Origin: a virus
Direction: 5' to 3' (one strand)
Length of the DNA: 64,000 nucleotides
Virus record (IMG/VR): IMGVR_UViG_3300025727_000011
Coordinates: 5,666 to 69,665 of that record
The first letter of the stretch is position 1. Every line of letters begins with the position of its first letter. Made by a program: the position numbers and the translations under genes. Shown here in pieces: positions 63,801 to 64,000 of this stretch. Below the pieces are notes generated by a model, which had not been told where the DNA came from, made no database searches, and worked only from the letters and a program-made list of their open reading frames with translations.

Positions 63801-64000
63801 GCACCCTGGACGCTTGGATTTCTGCGGCCTCCGCTACGACGGCTGGGATCATGGAGACGGCAACAGCCGTCGAGGTAGACACCGGCACCGATGCAACTCG
63901 CGCTGTGTCTCCCCTCTCTCTGGCAGGCTCCACCCTAGCGGGCGACGTAACGGCCAATAACGCCAAGATCACGAATGCCACGCACACGGGCGCCGTGACG
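57830..64000 (+). CDS. Giant tail fibre / adhesin-like protein (>2050 aa), runs off the window; absent from the ORF track
   Basis: MATASILSRVTAPVVKIDRIGISRDDLTINDVVELE...; same frame confirmed at spot checks (60923, 63851); DFQTIQAAMDYA beta-helix cap; ATQxEVDxGxDTTRA and GDLGGTYPNP fibre repeats. Confidence 0.85.
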   Translation, partial: MATASILSRVTAPVVKIDRIGISRDDLTINDVVELESVNVGTAYQWNIAFKPEDQLGTPSTAVFTSTGTEQAIIQNPGTFTVDLDGPYLLRLAYTTPQITLNTVLTAGVTFTINGILLTAVAGARTPGSDDFSVASGTAAGIVADIVAAINDPLNSFVAANLAGTDSSPSVVISPTLATVPTGETIGIFYSGTASDVTIGDLVTEQYVRLRALTAFGDLKLVAAGERYDTLRVPVDAEPDGWADNQNYNLNQLLSLISSNTLSTGVVTVDPINGDFQTIQAAMDYANAQTPTLAQQWVVLVRPGIYVEDLTFYPWVHLFGWPGGEKTPLVKVQNDTVASHSIALPGVGTSLVLCDIYFEQPVVSPNPAFLQVGVGDVQVFRCTLEAQGNTGEVWSTSGPTTFTRCTINGNGVNPTDYALRVSSGSFTILDHTTVLGQSCLILEEGAGIYVRDSRFSASGTYALNSLGYNASLNYTLVTGLIAGNPAGTGTAGDLIFTIKWCEIGNLAIDGQNVVGSARADLGATSHGTLTNINGALLSATVPADTILYDPTVSGLSATNVQDAIDEVYAYAQLVRTLDDAYDGGIVGTGSGRTIIADQGAVQIVDAAAPSDPIPPGNTDGNLEVVGSVKLGALTKPEITVDPNPFDNGPTILLGKEIWANDAPFGSTALILGDASGNPTFHNYNLRVGTKEADGGNQVGSVFVRAGDSLTTIDAGAVYLQGGTATDAGGGVGGDIIVVPGETAAGGARAMVLANPLTATSATLTAAGAFSGAAVAGTLTLGTETGAITVTFVGGEVLAAVHALFDATGIVTAAGDPIVLTTVMKGGTAEAFFLNETPAGVDAALGTFSGQAMVSGTWPDTVELGASAPGTFIVGVNAANPMLYDTATGKLTVPGLIDPTGVIFDEAGQPATGAAKGAVFVSDGSVGVQNDLYYTDQAGALVNLSAAAAGVTNHAALTNLSWLLSAHIGANGSLATFDGATGAATLLTGVAQGDLAYFDGTDWTRLAPGAAGQLLQTQGIGADPIWAAGVGTDELVKVTANDTTPGYLLDKLITATTGVAWTEINNGADEDLRLDVSTASTAGQGLIEIATQAEVDGGADTTRAVTPAALASATTVIKPGDAPTGDLGGTYPNPMVTDFTIAGESQGSVLYFNGVNWSQLSPGVVGQVLQTQGVGANPLWAAGGAGSSDHATLSNILWTASAHTGTASRIAAFDGGGAASYVQVGVDVQAWDTDLDALAALATTGLLVRTGAGTATTRSIVQPAAGITVTNANGVAGDPTLALADDLAALEALAGTGIAVRTAANTWAERTLTGTLNRITVTNGDGVAGNPTLDVGSNVLVSGDAAGGDLSGTFPNPTVTDLTLTSEAQGTLVYFSGTNWVVLPVGINGQLLQTQGAGANPQWVTSSATDELVKVTANDTTPGYLFDKLTTATTGIAWTEINDGADEDLRLDIDSATAGGQGLIELATQLEVDTGTDTTRAIVPSTLAGSVLAGDVTANNAKVTNATHTGDVIGATVLTIDANKVLNTMLVDMASARFKGRVTAGVGDPEDLTGTQATTLLDTFTSALQGVVPASGGVATDFLSADGTWAVPAGSGGVTNTVVGSLGITNVGTNTNADLAPTYGAVASTITEGNDARLSDARVPTGAAGGDLGGTYPNPTVDDGADGTAIHDNIAGEILAVTLKAVPVSADVLLIEDSADANNKKRITVGTLPTGGGGEANTASNVGTAGVGLFKQKTGIDLEFKKVNAGSTKVTITDDVGNDEVDVDVVDASLTQAGAIELATQLEVDTGTDTTRAIVPSTLAGSTLASNVTANNAKITNATHTGDVTGATALTITADAVTNAMLANVATATIKGRVTAATGDPEDLTGTQATTLLDTFTSALQGVVPASGGVATDFLSADGTWSVPPGGGGQTNTVVGTLGITNVGTNVDADLAPTYGTTASTITEGNDARLSDARTPTAHAASHQDGGSDEIATATPAAAAIPKADVSGTLDAWISAASATTAGIMETATAVEVDTGTDATRAVSPLSLAGSTLAGDVTANNAKITNATHTGAVT

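Noticed and set aside
1-64000. Stop-codon reassignment, as in some large phages
   Set aside because: Recognisable genes are full length in the standard code and end in TAA, TAG and TGA; the one suspicious TGA (36432) is isolated.
1-64000. tRNA, rRNA or tmRNA genes
   Set aside because: No cloverleaf with a T-loop and acceptor stem was recognised in the few intergenic gaps; a tRNAscan/Infernal run would be needed to exclude them formally.

Overview
This is a 64-kb segment of a large tailed (myovirus-like, probably jumbo) bacteriophage, almost all coded on the + strand in the standard genetic code. From left to right it holds: (i) a head module (acidic scaffold, head accessory protein, 290-aa HK97-type major capsid protein), followed by a LAGLIDADG/DNA-methyltransferase fusion and a deoxynucleoside kinase; (ii) a bacterial-style replication/recombination block (RecD2, SSB, RuvC, RecA, SbcCD with SbcC in two genes, beta clamp, primase, and a DnaX split by a naturally split intein around a free-standing homing endonuclease), then NusG-like and sigma-like regulators; (iii) a late region with a Dps-like protein, endolysin, a 1.7-kaa tail sheath, a 1.4-kaa polyvalent ART/SWIM protein and tail-fibre genes. 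The main unexplained signal is a modular cassette system. At least six unrelated late proteins share a ~30-aa N-terminal leader (DRxALIRLASxMPxGSxERxAILxGL). One leader is duplicated at 81/82 nt onto two different cargoes, and two leader-cargo genes are flanked by direct repeats of a recurrent late promoter motif (CGGTA-N6-CTAT). I interpret this, by inference, as a shufflable capsid-targeting system for virion-packaged effectors. Also notable are a second promoter class for replication genes, a small ORF carrying a capsid-like (and possibly portal-like) fragment, and a candidate structured RNA. All protein assignments come from motif recognition by eye; no database searches were run.
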